Origin: an uncultured delta proteobacterium
Lineage (GTDB): Bacteria > Myxococcota_A > Polyangia > Polyangiales > Polyangiaceae
Direction of reading: 5' to 3'
Assembly: GCA_963850305.1 (NCBI GenBank)
Contig: CAWKKR010000008.1
Location: 1,056,001 to 1,120,000, forward strand
Length of the DNA: 64,000 bases
Made by a program: the position numbers and the translations under genes. The notes below the pieces were generated by a model. That model was not told the origin of the DNA. It saw only the letters and a list, made by a program, of their open reading frames with translations, and did no database searches. How positions within the stretch are numbered: position 1 is the stretch's first letter; every line of letters starts with the position of its first letter. Shown here in pieces: positions 19,450 through 29,233 of the stretch.

Positions 19450-20168
19450 TCCTCGGGACAGGGACGGGTGTCGGTAAGACCTTCGTCACCGCCGCGCTGG
19501 CCAGGGCGCTTGCCGCCTCTCGGCCCGTCGACGTCATCGCCCTCAAGCCAATCGAGACAGGTTTCCCAAAAACTCACACGCCCGGCTCGGGCGGGTCCGT
19601 GGAACCTGCAACTGCGACGGACGCGGCGACGCTCGAAGCCGCCTCAACCCTCAAGCTGCAGCACCCACATCCCCGATATAGCTTCTTCGAGCCCATTTCA
19701 CCGCACCTTGCCGCTCGACGCGCTCGCTCGAGAATCTCGATTCGCAGCGTTGCTACCTGGCTCGCCGACGCAGAAAGGTTAGCACTACGTGGCGCTACAC
19801 TACCATTCTTTCTCGTAGAGACTGCCGGCGGCGTCTTTTCACCGCTTGGGCCTCGCCGGACCAATGCTGATCTCGCTCGCCGCCTGGAGCCGGCAATCTG
19901 GATCCTCGTCGCGCCGGACTCCCTCGGCGTTCTTCACGACGTTCGCGCCACCTGGTTAGCCCTGCAGGCGGTCGCACGAACACCTGACTACCTCGTTCTT
20001 TCGAGCGCCCGTGCCCCCGACGCCTCGACTGGCTCGAACGCCGCGGAACTGCCTCGCATCGGGTTGCCGCGCCCAATTGCTGCCCTGCCACGGGGCGACG
20101 CAGGCCTCGCACTCGCACCGCTGGTGCGGGCGCTGAACCAGCGGTGCTCGACGCTCCCCCGTCGCTAG
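19437..20168 (+). CDS. bioD: Dethiobiotin synthase
   Basis: GTGTGVGKT, KPIETG, SPHLAA, VETAGG; overlaps the end of bioF. Confidence 0.93.
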   Translation: MRVLILGTGTGVGKTFVTAALARALAASRPVDVIALKPIETGFPKTHTPGSGGSVEPATATDAATLEAASTLKLQHPHPRYSFFEPISPHLAARRARSRISIRSVATWLADAERLALRGATLPFFLVETAGGVFSPLGPRRTNADLARRLEPAIWILVAPDSLGVLHDVRATWLALQAVARTPDYLVLSSARAPDASTGSNAAELPRIGLPRPIAALPRGDAGLALAPLVRALNQRCSTLPRR

Positions 20169-20257
20169 ACCCGGCGTCAGCGCTCTCAGCACCGGTAATC
20201 CGATGGGCTGCTCGAGCGAAAGCTTCCCTAGCCCACCCCGCGGTCGAACCTGAGGGG

Positions 20258-20911
20258 CTACCTCGCCCTCGATCCGGCAGCATCCAGGACGATTTTGCCC
20301 CGCTCGAGCCGCAATCGCCGCGCCTGGACCTCTTCGGAATAGCCGGCCAGGTGATTGACGATCACCACAATCGATCCGCGATCTCGTTCCGCACGAACCC
20401 AACAGGTGAACCGGGCCACGCTCTCGGCGTCCAGTCCCGTCAGTGGCTCGTCGAGCAGGATGAGAGACGGCGCGTGAACCACCGCTCGCGCGAGGGCCAC
20501 CCGTTGCCGCTGTCCGCGCGACAACGTCCCGACCGACTGGTCCGCGAATTCCGCGATGCCAAGGCTCCCCGCGACTCGCGAAAATCCTTCCTGGGGATCG
20601 ATTCCCCGGAGGCTTGCGGCGAGCGCGATGTTCTCGCGCGCCGTCAGATCCCGATACGTGTGGGACTCGTGCCCGAGCCACCCGAGCTCACGGCGAACCC
20701 CGTCTGGATCGGGTTCCGGGAGCCCGTATGCCACTGCACCCGCCGTCGGCGCCAGGCTGCCTCCGAGAACGGCGAGAAGGGTGGATTTGCCGGCGCCATT
20801 CGGCCCTTCGACGGACGTAAGCGTTCCGCGCGCGAACCGCGTCGTAACGCCGCGGAGGACGGCACGCCCGCCAAACAGCCGCGTGACACCGCGCACATCC
20901 ACGAACTCCAT
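20258..20911 (-). CDS. ccmA: ABC ATP-binding protein, CcmA-like
   Basis: GPNGAGKST, LGWLGHES..YRDLTARENI, LSRGQRQR, LLDEPLTGLD. Confidence 0.65.
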   Translation of the reverse strand: MEFVDVRGVTRLFGGRAVLRGVTTRFARGTLTSVEGPNGAGKSTLLAVLGGSLAPTAGAVAYGLPEPDPDGVRRELGWLGHESHTYRDLTARENIALAASLRGIDPQEGFSRVAGSLGIAEFADQSVGTLSRGQRQRVALARAVVHAPSLILLDEPLTGLDAESVARFTCWVRAERDRGSIVVIVNHLAGYSEEVQARRLRLERGKIVLDAAGSRAR

Positions 20912-21014
20912 CGAGGGCACCCGCTCAAGCTATTACCGCGACCCGCCCCAACGACCAAGGCCCTGCAATTTCCGGCGAAATTGCCCCTCATTCGCCATGC
21001 TACCATCCGGCTTG

Positions 21015-21980
21015 ATGTCCTCGCCGGCCGTCGTCCTCGACTCCTCGCGACTCGAAAAGTTGACCGATCTCCGTCGGGCCGTCGAGATCGCGCTCGAGGG
21101 AAAGCCCGAAGCCGTCGAGCTCGCGCTCATCGCTTTGCTTGGCCATGGCCACGTCCTCATCGAAGACGTCCCCGGCGTCGGAAAGACCACTCTCGCGCGC
21201 GCGCTCGCCAAGGCCATCGGCGGACAGATGCGCCGCGTCCAGTTCACGAGCGACCTGCTGCCCAGCGATGTTCTCGGCGTCTCCATCTACGACCAGCGCC
21301 TCTCGGACTTCGTTCTCCGGAAAGGGCCGATTTTTAGCAACGTGCTCCTCGCGGACGAGATCAACAGAGCGAGTCCGCGAACCCAGTCGGCGCTCCTCGA
21401 GGCGATGAACGACGGTCAGGTTTCGCTCGACGGAAAGACCTTGCCACTACCCGACCCGTTCTTCGTGATCGCGACGCAGAACCCTCAGGACTTTGCCGGC
21501 ACGTTTCCGTTACCCGAGTCCCAGCTCGATCGTTTCATGGTGCGAATCAGCATCGGATACCCCCCCACTCACGTCGAGACGCGGTTGCTCCTCGGGACGG
21601 AGACCGATCGCGTCAATCGCGTGCCGATCGTGCTGGATCCAGAGACGCTGCTCGACCTCCAGGCGGACGTCGATCGCGTCACCTTCGACGCTGCGCTCGC
21701 CACTTACCTCCACGCCATCGTCGTCGCGACCCGCTCCACACCAACGCTCGCGCTCGGCGCCTCCACCCGCGCCGGAATGAATCTGTCTCGGGCCGCGCGC
21801 GCTCGTGCCCTGTTGCGAGGCCGTCACTATGCCATCGCCGATGACGTCCACGCCCTCACGGTACCCCTGCTCGCGCACCGCGTCCGACTCGCCGCCCACG
21901 CCGAAGGGTACGTGCCGAGTCGGGATGAATCCGAAGCCGCGGTTCGCGACGCCGTCGCCCGCGTTCCCGTTCCGCTCTGA
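21015..21980 (+). CDS. MoxR family AAA+ ATPase
   Basis: HVLIEDVPGVGKT, RVQFTSDLLPSD, LADEINRASPRTQSALLEAM, ATQNP, PLPESQLDRF. Confidence 0.95.
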   Translation: MSSPAVVLDSSRLEKLTDLRRAVEIALEGKPEAVELALIALLGHGHVLIEDVPGVGKTTLARALAKAIGGQMRRVQFTSDLLPSDVLGVSIYDQRLSDFVLRKGPIFSNVLLADEINRASPRTQSALLEAMNDGQVSLDGKTLPLPDPFFVIATQNPQDFAGTFPLPESQLDRFMVRISIGYPPTHVETRLLLGTETDRVNRVPIVLDPETLLDLQADVDRVTFDAALATYLHAIVVATRSTPTLALGASTRAGMNLSRAARARALLRGRHYAIADDVHALTVPLLAHRVRLAAHAEGYVPSRDESEAAVRDAVARVPVPL

Positions 21981-21985
21981 CCCCA

Positions 21986-23110
21986 ATGAAGAGCCCACAA
22001 CGGATGTTCCCCGATCCGCGCACATCCCAGGCCGAACCGGAGCCGCCGCGGTCGCGAACCAAGCGGGCCATCGATCGTCTTAGGCGCGCATTTCGATTGC
22101 CGCGCAAATTGAAGATCACGCGCGAAGGGAAATTTTTCATCCTGCTCGCGCTGGGCGTTGGGTTCGCGGCGGTAAACACCGGCAACAATCTTCTTTACCT
22201 TCTCCTCGGGATGTTGCTCGCGCTCATCGTCGTGTCGAGCATCATGAGCGAGCTCAGTCTCCGGAATCTCACGGTCGTCCGACGTTTGCCGGCGAGGGCG
22301 CAGGTTGCGCGACCGCACCTCGTCGAAATTGAGGTCCACAACCACAAGAAACGAATCCCGAGCTACGCGATCGAAATCGAGGATTTGCGCGCGGGCCAGC
22401 CGGCGGACAAGCGCTGCTTCTTTCTCAAGATTAGCCCGGACTCGGCGCAGGTCGCGGCGTACCGACGGACCCCGATGAAGCGCGGGCGGGATCGTCACGT
22501 CGGCTTCCGTGTGGCCACTCGATTTCCGTTCGGTCTGTTCGAAAAGTCGCGCGAGATTCCCTCGGAGGGAGAGCTCATCATCTATCCGGCGATCGACCCC
22601 GTGAAACTTCCACCTGAGCAACCGGGCTCGCGAATGGGAACCCACGGGTCACCGGGACGTGGCGTCGGCGACGAAATTCTGGGGCTCCGTCCGATGCGCG
22701 ATGGCGACGATCCGCGCGACGTGTACTGGCGAAAGAGCACGCTCGATGGACAGCTCGTGCTGCGGGAGCGCGCGCACGAAACTCACCGGCAGGTGACGCT
22801 CGTCCTCGAGTCCACATTTACCGACGCGCGACCCGACGACGCCTGGCTCGGTCGATTCGAGCGTCGAGTCCGCGATGCCGCGTCGCGCGCCGTTGCTCAT
22901 TTACGGCGCGGAGACGGAGTAACGCTCCTGACGACCGCAGGTGAACGTGTGCGCGCCGATCGTTCGGTCGGCGCCGACCCCGTGCTTCGGTTACTTGCGC
23001 TTCTCGCTCCCAGCCCCGTCGCGTCGCGCCCGAACGCAGGAACGAACAACCGAGCGTCGCGGCCGAAGATTTCGAACCCACGCAAGGCGGTCGCACGCCG
23101 AGAGCAATGA
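21986..23110 (+). CDS. DUF58 domain protein
   Basis: AAVNTGNNLLYL, TRFPFGLF, LRPMRDGDDPRDVYWRKS; typical MoxR operon position. Confidence 0.9.
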   Translation: MKSPQRMFPDPRTSQAEPEPPRSRTKRAIDRLRRAFRLPRKLKITREGKFFILLALGVGFAAVNTGNNLLYLLLGMLLALIVVSSIMSELSLRNLTVVRRLPARAQVARPHLVEIEVHNHKKRIPSYAIEIEDLRAGQPADKRCFFLKISPDSAQVAAYRRTPMKRGRDRHVGFRVATRFPFGLFEKSREIPSEGELIIYPAIDPVKLPPEQPGSRMGTHGSPGRGVGDEILGLRPMRDGDDPRDVYWRKSTLDGQLVLRERAHETHRQVTLVLESTFTDARPDDAWLGRFERRVRDAASRAVAHLRRGDGVTLLTTAGERVRADRSVGADPVLRLLALLAPSPVASRPNAGTNNRASRPKISNPRKAVARREQ

Positions 23111-25254
23111 AGTTCGGCGCCATTCACCGGATCATGACCGACGCGCTGGCGGCGCTCGGGCTTCTGTCGCTCGTGACCAGCGGGGAACTCGACCCGTGGA
23201 TGACTGCGATCATCGTGGTCGGGCTCATCGGCGCCGTCTTCGTTCCGGAGCGGCTGCAAGTGCGACCACGATTCGCGACGCTCGGCGGCGCGGTCTCCTT
23301 GGTATTGCTCGGCGTACAAGGGGTGCGCTTCTTCCTGGGAGCAGACGTCCTGCCCCTCGTGGTCGAGTTCGCTGCCGCACTTCAGGTTATCCGGCTCGCG
23401 ACGCGGCGCGGGGCCGCACACGATCAGCAGATCATCTTGCTCGCGCTCGTACACCTGGTTGCGGGCACCGTTCTCGGCAGCGGACTCGCCTATGGCCTCT
23501 GCTTTTTCGGATTCCTGGTCGTCGCCCCGGGCGCTCTCGTCTTGAGTCATTTACGGCGTGAGGTGGAGGGGAACTATCGCCAGGGTGCGCGCGATCGAAC
23601 GGGCTTGCCGGTGGACGTGCCGCGCATCCTTCGAAGCCGGCGCGTCATCAGCAAGCGATTTCTCGTCGCGACGTGTTCGCTGTCGCTCCCCATTTTCGTT
23701 TTCACAGTTCTCCTGTTCGTTCTGTTTCCGCGCGTCGGACTTTCGCTGATGCTCCTCGGCCATTCGCACTCGACGCGCATGATCGGCTTTTCGGATCGCG
23801 TCGACCTCGGCGGCGTGGGGCGGCTTCGTTCCGACCCGACCATCGCACTCCGCGTGCAGCCTTCCAATCTGCCCGCGAATCCCCCGCTCCGGCTGCCACT
23901 TTATCTGCGCGGCACCGCTTTCGATCACTACGACGGCACCGCCTGGTCGCGGACGCGCTCGGGGCGCCTTCCTGTGGTCCAGCAGGGCTCTTACGTCACG
24001 CTGCACCCTTATTCCGCGCCGACGTCGGCCACCACATTGCACGTCGACCTGGAACCGATCTCACCTCCAGTCGTCCTCGTCCCTCCCGGCGCCGTGGCGA
24101 TCCGGTTGCTCTCACGCGGCGAACCCTTGCTGGGCCGAACGACGCCCATCTTCGTTTCGCCGGAGGACGAATTCAAATACTCCGGTGACGATCGCGGTCT
24201 CCGCTACGACGTCATCACGAAGGGTCCTGCGCCGATCCCACCGGAACGGCTCGGGCCCGCTGACCGTGCGCGCTACCTCACCCTTCCGCATCAGCTTCCG
24301 GCTCGTGTCGCTGCCCTGGCGCGGCGCTGGGTTCTCGGCACCCATTCTGATCGGGAAGCCGCGCAGATAATCCAGCGTCACCTCAAGACCGAGTATCGAT
24401 ACGATCTCAACTCGCCATCGGGGGCGTCGAAGAATCCGCTCGATGACTTTCTGTTCGAATCGAAGCGTGGCCACTGCGAATTCTATTCGACGGCCATGGC
24501 CGTCCTGCTTCGCGTCGTCGGCGTTCCCACACGGAACGTGACGGGGTTCGTCGGCGGAACGTATAACCGCTTCGGTCATTTCTATGCGGTCCGTGAGGGC
24601 GACGCGCATTCATGGGTGGAGGTCTACCTGCATGGAGCAGGCTGGGTGATGTTCGACCCGACCCCGGCGGTGGGCGCCGTGCCGGAGACGGCAACAACGG
24701 GATTGTTGGCGCTGCTCCGGGACCTCGCGGAGGCTGCTGCGCAGCGATGGAGCCGTTACGTGATCGGTTACGATCTCGAGCAACAGCTGCGCCTGCTCCG
24801 GTGGGTCGCCTTTCACTACGGCTCGGGGATGACCGGCTGGTCTGCGATCCGTCATGCCGAGCGGAGCGCCGTGCTCGTTGGTTGCTGTCTTCTCGGGTGC
24901 GGCATCGTCGGTTACTGGTGGTTCGTCCGCCGACGGCGTCGAGCACCGGGGCCACCTGGCGAGACACTCGATAGCCCGAACGCATCGCACATCGTCGGAC
25001 TCTACAAAAGCCTCGAGGCGGCGATGGCAGCGCGCGGAGTGCCCCGGTTTCCAAGCACGCCGCCTCTCGCGCACGCACAGGCATTACTCGCCGTGGAACA
25101 TCCGATTGCGGATGACGTTCTCGAACTGACACAGCACTATCTCGAGGTTCGCTTTGCTGGACGCGCGTTGACGGAGGGCGATCGACGAGACTTTGCGCGC
25201 AGGGTGCGCGAAGTCAGCGTCGGAAGCGACGGGACCTCAGCGGCAGTAACCTGA
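23107..25254 (+). CDS. Membrane transglutaminase-like protein (DUF3488/TgpA type)
   Basis: N-terminal TM helices, YLRGTAFDHYDG, GHCEFYSTAM, RNVTGF, DAHSWVEVY, FDPTP (Cys-His-Asp triad). Confidence 0.92.
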   Translation: MKFGAIHRIMTDALAALGLLSLVTSGELDPWMTAIIVVGLIGAVFVPERLQVRPRFATLGGAVSLVLLGVQGVRFFLGADVLPLVVEFAAALQVIRLATRRGAAHDQQIILLALVHLVAGTVLGSGLAYGLCFFGFLVVAPGALVLSHLRREVEGNYRQGARDRTGLPVDVPRILRSRRVISKRFLVATCSLSLPIFVFTVLLFVLFPRVGLSLMLLGHSHSTRMIGFSDRVDLGGVGRLRSDPTIALRVQPSNLPANPPLRLPLYLRGTAFDHYDGTAWSRTRSGRLPVVQQGSYVTLHPYSAPTSATTLHVDLEPISPPVVLVPPGAVAIRLLSRGEPLLGRTTPIFVSPEDEFKYSGDDRGLRYDVITKGPAPIPPERLGPADRARYLTLPHQLPARVAALARRWVLGTHSDREAAQIIQRHLKTEYRYDLNSPSGASKNPLDDFLFESKRGHCEFYSTAMAVLLRVVGVPTRNVTGFVGGTYNRFGHFYAVREGDAHSWVEVYLHGAGWVMFDPTPAVGAVPETATTGLLALLRDLAEAAAQRWSRYVIGYDLEQQLRLLRWVAFHYGSGMTGWSAIRHAERSAVLVGCCLLGCGIVGYWWFVRRRRRAPGPPGETLDSPNASHIVGLYKSLEAAMAARGVPRFPSTPPLAHAQALLAVEHPIADDVLELTQHYLEVRFAGRALTEGDRRDFARRVREVSVGSDGTSAAVT

Positions 25255-25280
25255 GCGACCGCAACAGGTACCGCTACGAG

Positions 25281-25754
25281 TCAACCCCGTGCCAACCGAA
25301 GTACGATGTCGCCACCGGCGCGCTGCGCAACACCGTAATAGGCCCCGTTTGCGGGCCGCGCTTCGAGGCCGTCGAAATCTAGCGTCGGGGCGCCCTGTTC
25401 CACCCATGCGACGACAACGGAATCAGCGGCGGCCGATCCTTCCGCCGGCAATTGAAGAAAGCGAACGTCGACGCCGTTTCTGAGCTCTTCCGCGGTGATC
25501 GCGCGCTGAGCCGACGCCAGGGGCTCCGCGAACTCTCGTGGATGGTCTTTCCCATCCAGCTTGTCGCGCCGGTAGGACTGCACGATGAGGCGCAGATCCC
25601 CCTCTCCAAGGTCATCTGCTATCGAGACCCGCGTGCGCACTTGACGCACTTCCCTCACTCCGAGCGTGGTGGCCGCAACCAGAGAAATCCACGACGCGCT
25701 GCGGGCGGCGGTTGCCGTCATCCGCTGCCGTCGGGAAAGCTTTGCTGCAGTCAT
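25281..25754 (-). CDS. Hypothetical protein
   Basis: Protein-like ORF (RLIVQSY...SAQRAITAEELRNGV...VVVAWVE). Start placed downstream of the sigma54 motif. Confidence 0.7.
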   Translation of the reverse strand: MTAAKLSRRQRMTATAARSASWISLVAATTLGVREVRQVRTRVSIADDLGEGDLRLIVQSYRRDKLDGKDHPREFAEPLASAQRAITAEELRNGVDVRFLQLPAEGSAAADSVVVAWVEQGAPTLDFDGLEARPANGAYYGVAQRAGGDIVLRLARG

Positions 25755-25772
25755 GCGCCAGCAGGGAGCATA

Positions 25773-25788
25773 AGCACGTCCCATGCCA
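25773..25788 (-). promoter_or_regulatory. Putative sigma54 -24/-12 promoter
   Basis: TGGCAT-GGGAC-GTGCT on the minus strand, exact GG-N10-GC spacing. Confidence 0.55.
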
Positions 25789-25864
25789 ACGCAACGACGG
25801 GCATAACGGCTTTGCTCCTCGAACGCGGCATGGACCTGGAGCTAACGGACGTTCTTACATCTAC

Positions 25865-27274
25865 TTACCGCTGGAGCAGGACACGATTTGCCCATTTTTC
25901 GGCGTCCCCGCAGGTTCCGGCAGAAGCGTCGCCGGACGGTCGTCGCGTGTAGGGGCCGGCCACGACGGCGATGTCGCGCCCTCGTCGCTGCACGAAAATC
26001 GGACCGACTGTCGCTCGATCGACACACCGTGACGCCAGGGTGGCAGCGCCGGGCCCGGCTGCGGACTGCGTGACAACGCCGCGCGCCAGCGCCCGTTCGC
26101 CGCGCACTGCCGCGCCATCCGTGTCATAGCGAAGATGCCAGCCCACCGCGATCCGTTCGGCGCCACGGTCGCCCGCGACAGGTTCGCGAAAAACCGCGAC
26201 TCGATCGCCGCCCCAGTCGCTGGCAGCTTCGACGGCTGTCTTCCGCGGCACCCACTCCTCGAGCAGCAGTTCGACGGACTCCTCGCCGAAAACGTCCGTG
26301 TAGCATGGCTTCGTAAAGCCTTCCGGCGCCACGGGAACCGGCACGACGACAGGTGACTCCCTAGCCAGGTACTTCTCCGGATGCAGAAGCTGCTCCGTGC
26401 TCACCGGAGGGCTGCGCCACGCCGCATCCACCGCGGCCCATCCGCCGCGGCGCCGCAACCAGTGGACGAATTCGATCCCGTCAACGTAAGGCGCGACGAG
26501 CGACCGCTTCAGGATTCCGGGAACGTCAGCGAGGTTCGTAAATTGAGCCGCTGCACGCACCTGAATACCGAGCAGCGTATCGGACAGGTCCGTCGCCTTC
26601 GCGCCCTTCGGCGCGAGCATCTGGTCCAGCATGGCGCTCGTGGCATCGCCCTCCGCGAGCGCGTGCAGCGCGCTCTGCGCATCGGACTCGTCGGCCCGAT
26701 AGTCGAGTGCCTTGCCGAGATCGTAGTGCTGGTCTTGAAGGGCATGTACCAGCTCGTGCGCAAGCGTCGCCGCGCGGTCGGACGGACTGAGATCCGCCGA
26801 GAGGTACATGGTCTTGTCAGCGGGTTCGTAATAGCCAGCGAGTTCGGCGGACATGAGTGACACCATGGCCTTCATGTAGTCGAAGCTCGGTGGCGCGACG
26901 CCTAACGCGATGAGCATCTCACCCTCGTCGCGCAGGACGGCGGGCGGAACCTCGCGCTGGATCGTCGCCGTGACGTGCTCGGCCATCTCGGTGCGTGAAA
27001 GCTCGACGCCACGAACGGGCGCTGTGGCCGCTAGCTGCCGGACGCGGCTCGCCTCTGTCAGCGCCGACCCCACCACGGACTCCGCGCTCTCGGTTCCTGA
27101 CTTCACCGCAGGGGCAGCGCTCGGCGACGGCGGTGAGGCAGGCGCGAATGCTTGGGACGGAGCAGCCACGGGCGCCGAGCGAGCCGGGCGAGGCGATCCG
27201 CATCCGCCCACGCCCGCGGTCAGAGCAACCCACACTCCCGCGACGGAAACTCGGACGAACGCCGAAAACGTCAC
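25865..27274 (-). CDS. Lipoprotein, putative zinc metalloprotease
   Basis: Lipobox VGGC; AGYYEP, LAHELVHALQDQHY, LAEGDA, PYVDG, PVSTEQLLHPEKY. GTG start overlaps the rpe stop. Confidence 0.85.
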   Translation of the reverse strand: MTFSAFVRVSVAGVWVALTAGVGGCGSPRPARSAPVAAPSQAFAPASPPSPSAAPAVKSGTESAESVVGSALTEASRVRQLAATAPVRGVELSRTEMAEHVTATIQREVPPAVLRDEGEMLIALGVAPPSFDYMKAMVSLMSAELAGYYEPADKTMYLSADLSPSDRAATLAHELVHALQDQHYDLGKALDYRADESDAQSALHALAEGDATSAMLDQMLAPKGAKATDLSDTLLGIQVRAAAQFTNLADVPGILKRSLVAPYVDGIEFVHWLRRRGGWAAVDAAWRSPPVSTEQLLHPEKYLARESPVVVPVPVAPEGFTKPCYTDVFGEESVELLLEEWVPRKTAVEAASDWGGDRVAVFREPVAGDRGAERIAVGWHLRYDTDGAAVRGERALARGVVTQSAAGPGAATLASRCVDRATVGPIFVQRRGRDIAVVAGPYTRRPSGDASAGTCGDAEKWANRVLLQR

Positions 27275-27939
27275 CGGCCAGCCACGGCACGACGGATATC
27301 GGCAATGGCCGTCTTTCGATCGGCTTTCCCGAACACGGCATTGCCCGCGACGAGAACACTCGCGCCAGCGTCGACCGCCTGCTTCGCCGTGGAGGGCGCA
27401 ATCCCGCCGTCGATCTCGAGCGCGATCGAGAGCCCGCGCGCGTCGATCTTTTCCCGCAGCGCGGCCACTTTCGGAAGGACAGCCGGAATGAATGCCTGCC
27501 CTCCGAAACCGGGATTCACGCTCATGACGAGCACGAGATCCAAGTCTTCGAGCACGTAATCGAGCACGGTCTCGGGGGTGTGCGGATTGAGGACGACCCC
27601 CGCCTTCTTTCCGAGCTGCCGGATCCGCGAAAGGGTGCGTTGAAGATGCACAGAAGCTTCCTCGTGCACGCTGATGATGTCCGCGCCTGCTTCCGCGAAA
27701 GCCTCGATGTACCGCTCGGGCTCGACAATCATCAGGTGCACGTCGAGTGGCAGTGGCGTCGCGCGCCGGGCGGCAGCAACGATAATCGGTCCGAGCGTGA
27801 TGTTCGGGACGAAGCGGCCGTCCATGACGTCGACGTGAATCCAATCGGCGCCGCTCGCTTCTGCGTCGCGGACTTCGTCCGACAGACGTCCGAGGTCGGC
27901 GCTCAGTATGGAGGGTGCGATGCGCACCGCCTGGGTCAT
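27271..27939 (-). CDS. rpe: Ribulose-phosphate 3-epimerase
   Basis: IAPSILSAD, HVDVMDGRFVPN, DVHLM, MSVNPGFGGQ, IDGG. Confidence 0.98.
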   Translation of the reverse strand: MTQAVRIAPSILSADLGRLSDEVRDAEASGADWIHVDVMDGRFVPNITLGPIIVAAARRATPLPLDVHLMIVEPERYIEAFAEAGADIISVHEEASVHLQRTLSRIRQLGKKAGVVLNPHTPETVLDYVLEDLDLVLVMSVNPGFGGQAFIPAVLPKVAALREKIDARGLSIALEIDGGIAPSTAKQAVDAGASVLVAGNAVFGKADRKTAIADIRRAVAGR

Positions 27940-28228
27940 CGAGCCCTCCGTTACACGAGCTCGGCCGAGACGGCCAGCGCCGAAGTCATCGAGCAGCGGC
28001 GCTTTGGTTCGAAGCGCGCGGCGGCGCCCGTCCGAGTCAACCTGACGCCCTTTTTCGGCGCCACGGGTAACGGCGCTCTGACGGCGCTCTGGCCAGCGTT
28101 TTCGGGGATCAGCTCAGCTAGGTTCGCCCCAACCCGCGGCCCAAATCGAGGACGCGCAGTGGCGCGACCTCGCGCCGCCCATGCTACCCTTTGGCGCCAG
28201 CGCGGATTTCGGGCAGCGTTGTTTCAAC

Positions 28229-28675
28229 ATGATCACGAGAGCCCTCGGCAAGCAAGACTACGATCACATCGTCCAGGTCATCGACCGCTGGTGGGGTGGG
28301 CCAACGAGCGCGCTCGCGCATCCGCTCTTTTTCTACGAACTCGGCGCCCTCGCGCGGGTGGTCGAACACGATGGTATCCTCGTCGGGTTCCTGTTCGGCT
28401 TCATCGCCCCGGGGCCGCCCAAGACGGGCTACGTCCACCTGGTCGGGATCCATCCCGACTACCGTCGACGGGGCGTCGGTAAGGTGCTCTGCCAAACGTT
28501 CGAAGAGGACTGCCGGGCTGTCGGCTGTCGGCGACTCAAGGCCATCACCGCAATTGGCAACGATGGATCCATCGCGTTTCATCGTGCGACCGGGTGGAAC
28601 GTGACCCTCGTGGAAGATTACGCGGGACCAGCGCGTCCACGCATCGTCTTCGACAAGACCCTCGAATCGGACTGA
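28229..28675 (+). CDS. GNAT family N-acetyltransferase
   Basis: YVHLVGIHPDYRRRGVG (acetyl-CoA motif A), NDGSIAFHRATGW. Confidence 0.9.
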   Translation: MITRALGKQDYDHIVQVIDRWWGGPTSALAHPLFFYELGALARVVEHDGILVGFLFGFIAPGPPKTGYVHLVGIHPDYRRRGVGKVLCQTFEEDCRAVGCRRLKAITAIGNDGSIAFHRATGWNVTLVEDYAGPARPRIVFDKTLESD

Positions 28676-28696
28676 AAAGGAGGACGAGAAGACATC

Positions 28697-29203
28697 ATGG
28701 GTGAGAGCCCTCCCAACATCGAGGATCTTCGCCACGTCGGTCTCTTCGGCGCCATCAGCGACGAGATTCTGGAGTTTCTGGCCTCGAAGCTCGTGATGCT
28801 CATGCCGAAATCCGGCGACGTCATTTTTCGAGAGGGAGATGCGGCTCGCGACATGTTCGTCGTGATGAGCGGCGAGATGGAGGTGCAGAAGCGCAGTCAG
28901 ACGGGCCTGGACGCACGGGTGGCACTGCTCGGACCGGGGGATTGGTTCGGTGAGATGAGCATTCTCGACGTCCAGCCTCGTTCGGCGAGCGTGCGCGTGC
29001 TCGCGCCGAGCCGGCTTCTCCGGATCAGCGCCGCGGATCTCGACGCGCTCTATCGCCGCGATACCCGCGCGTACGCGATCATCGTTCTCAACATCGCACG
29101 CGAGCTGAGTCGCCGGTTGCGCGTCGCGGACGGCCTCCTCGCGGATTTCGTGATCAACGTGATGGGGCACTACGTGGATCGCCGCCGGCCCCCGGCGAGC
29201 TGA
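28697..29203 (+). CDS. Stand-alone cyclic nucleotide-binding domain protein
   Basis: IFREGD, MFVVMSG, FGEMSILDVQPRSASV phosphate-binding cassette; no HTH after the C-helix. Confidence 0.9.
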   Translation: MGESPPNIEDLRHVGLFGAISDEILEFLASKLVMLMPKSGDVIFREGDAARDMFVVMSGEMEVQKRSQTGLDARVALLGPGDWFGEMSILDVQPRSASVRVLAPSRLLRISAADLDALYRRDTRAYAIIVLNIARELSRRLRVADGLLADFVINVMGHYVDRRRPPAS

Positions 29204-29233
29204 CACACGCCGCGACGGCACCCCAAGGGGCCA

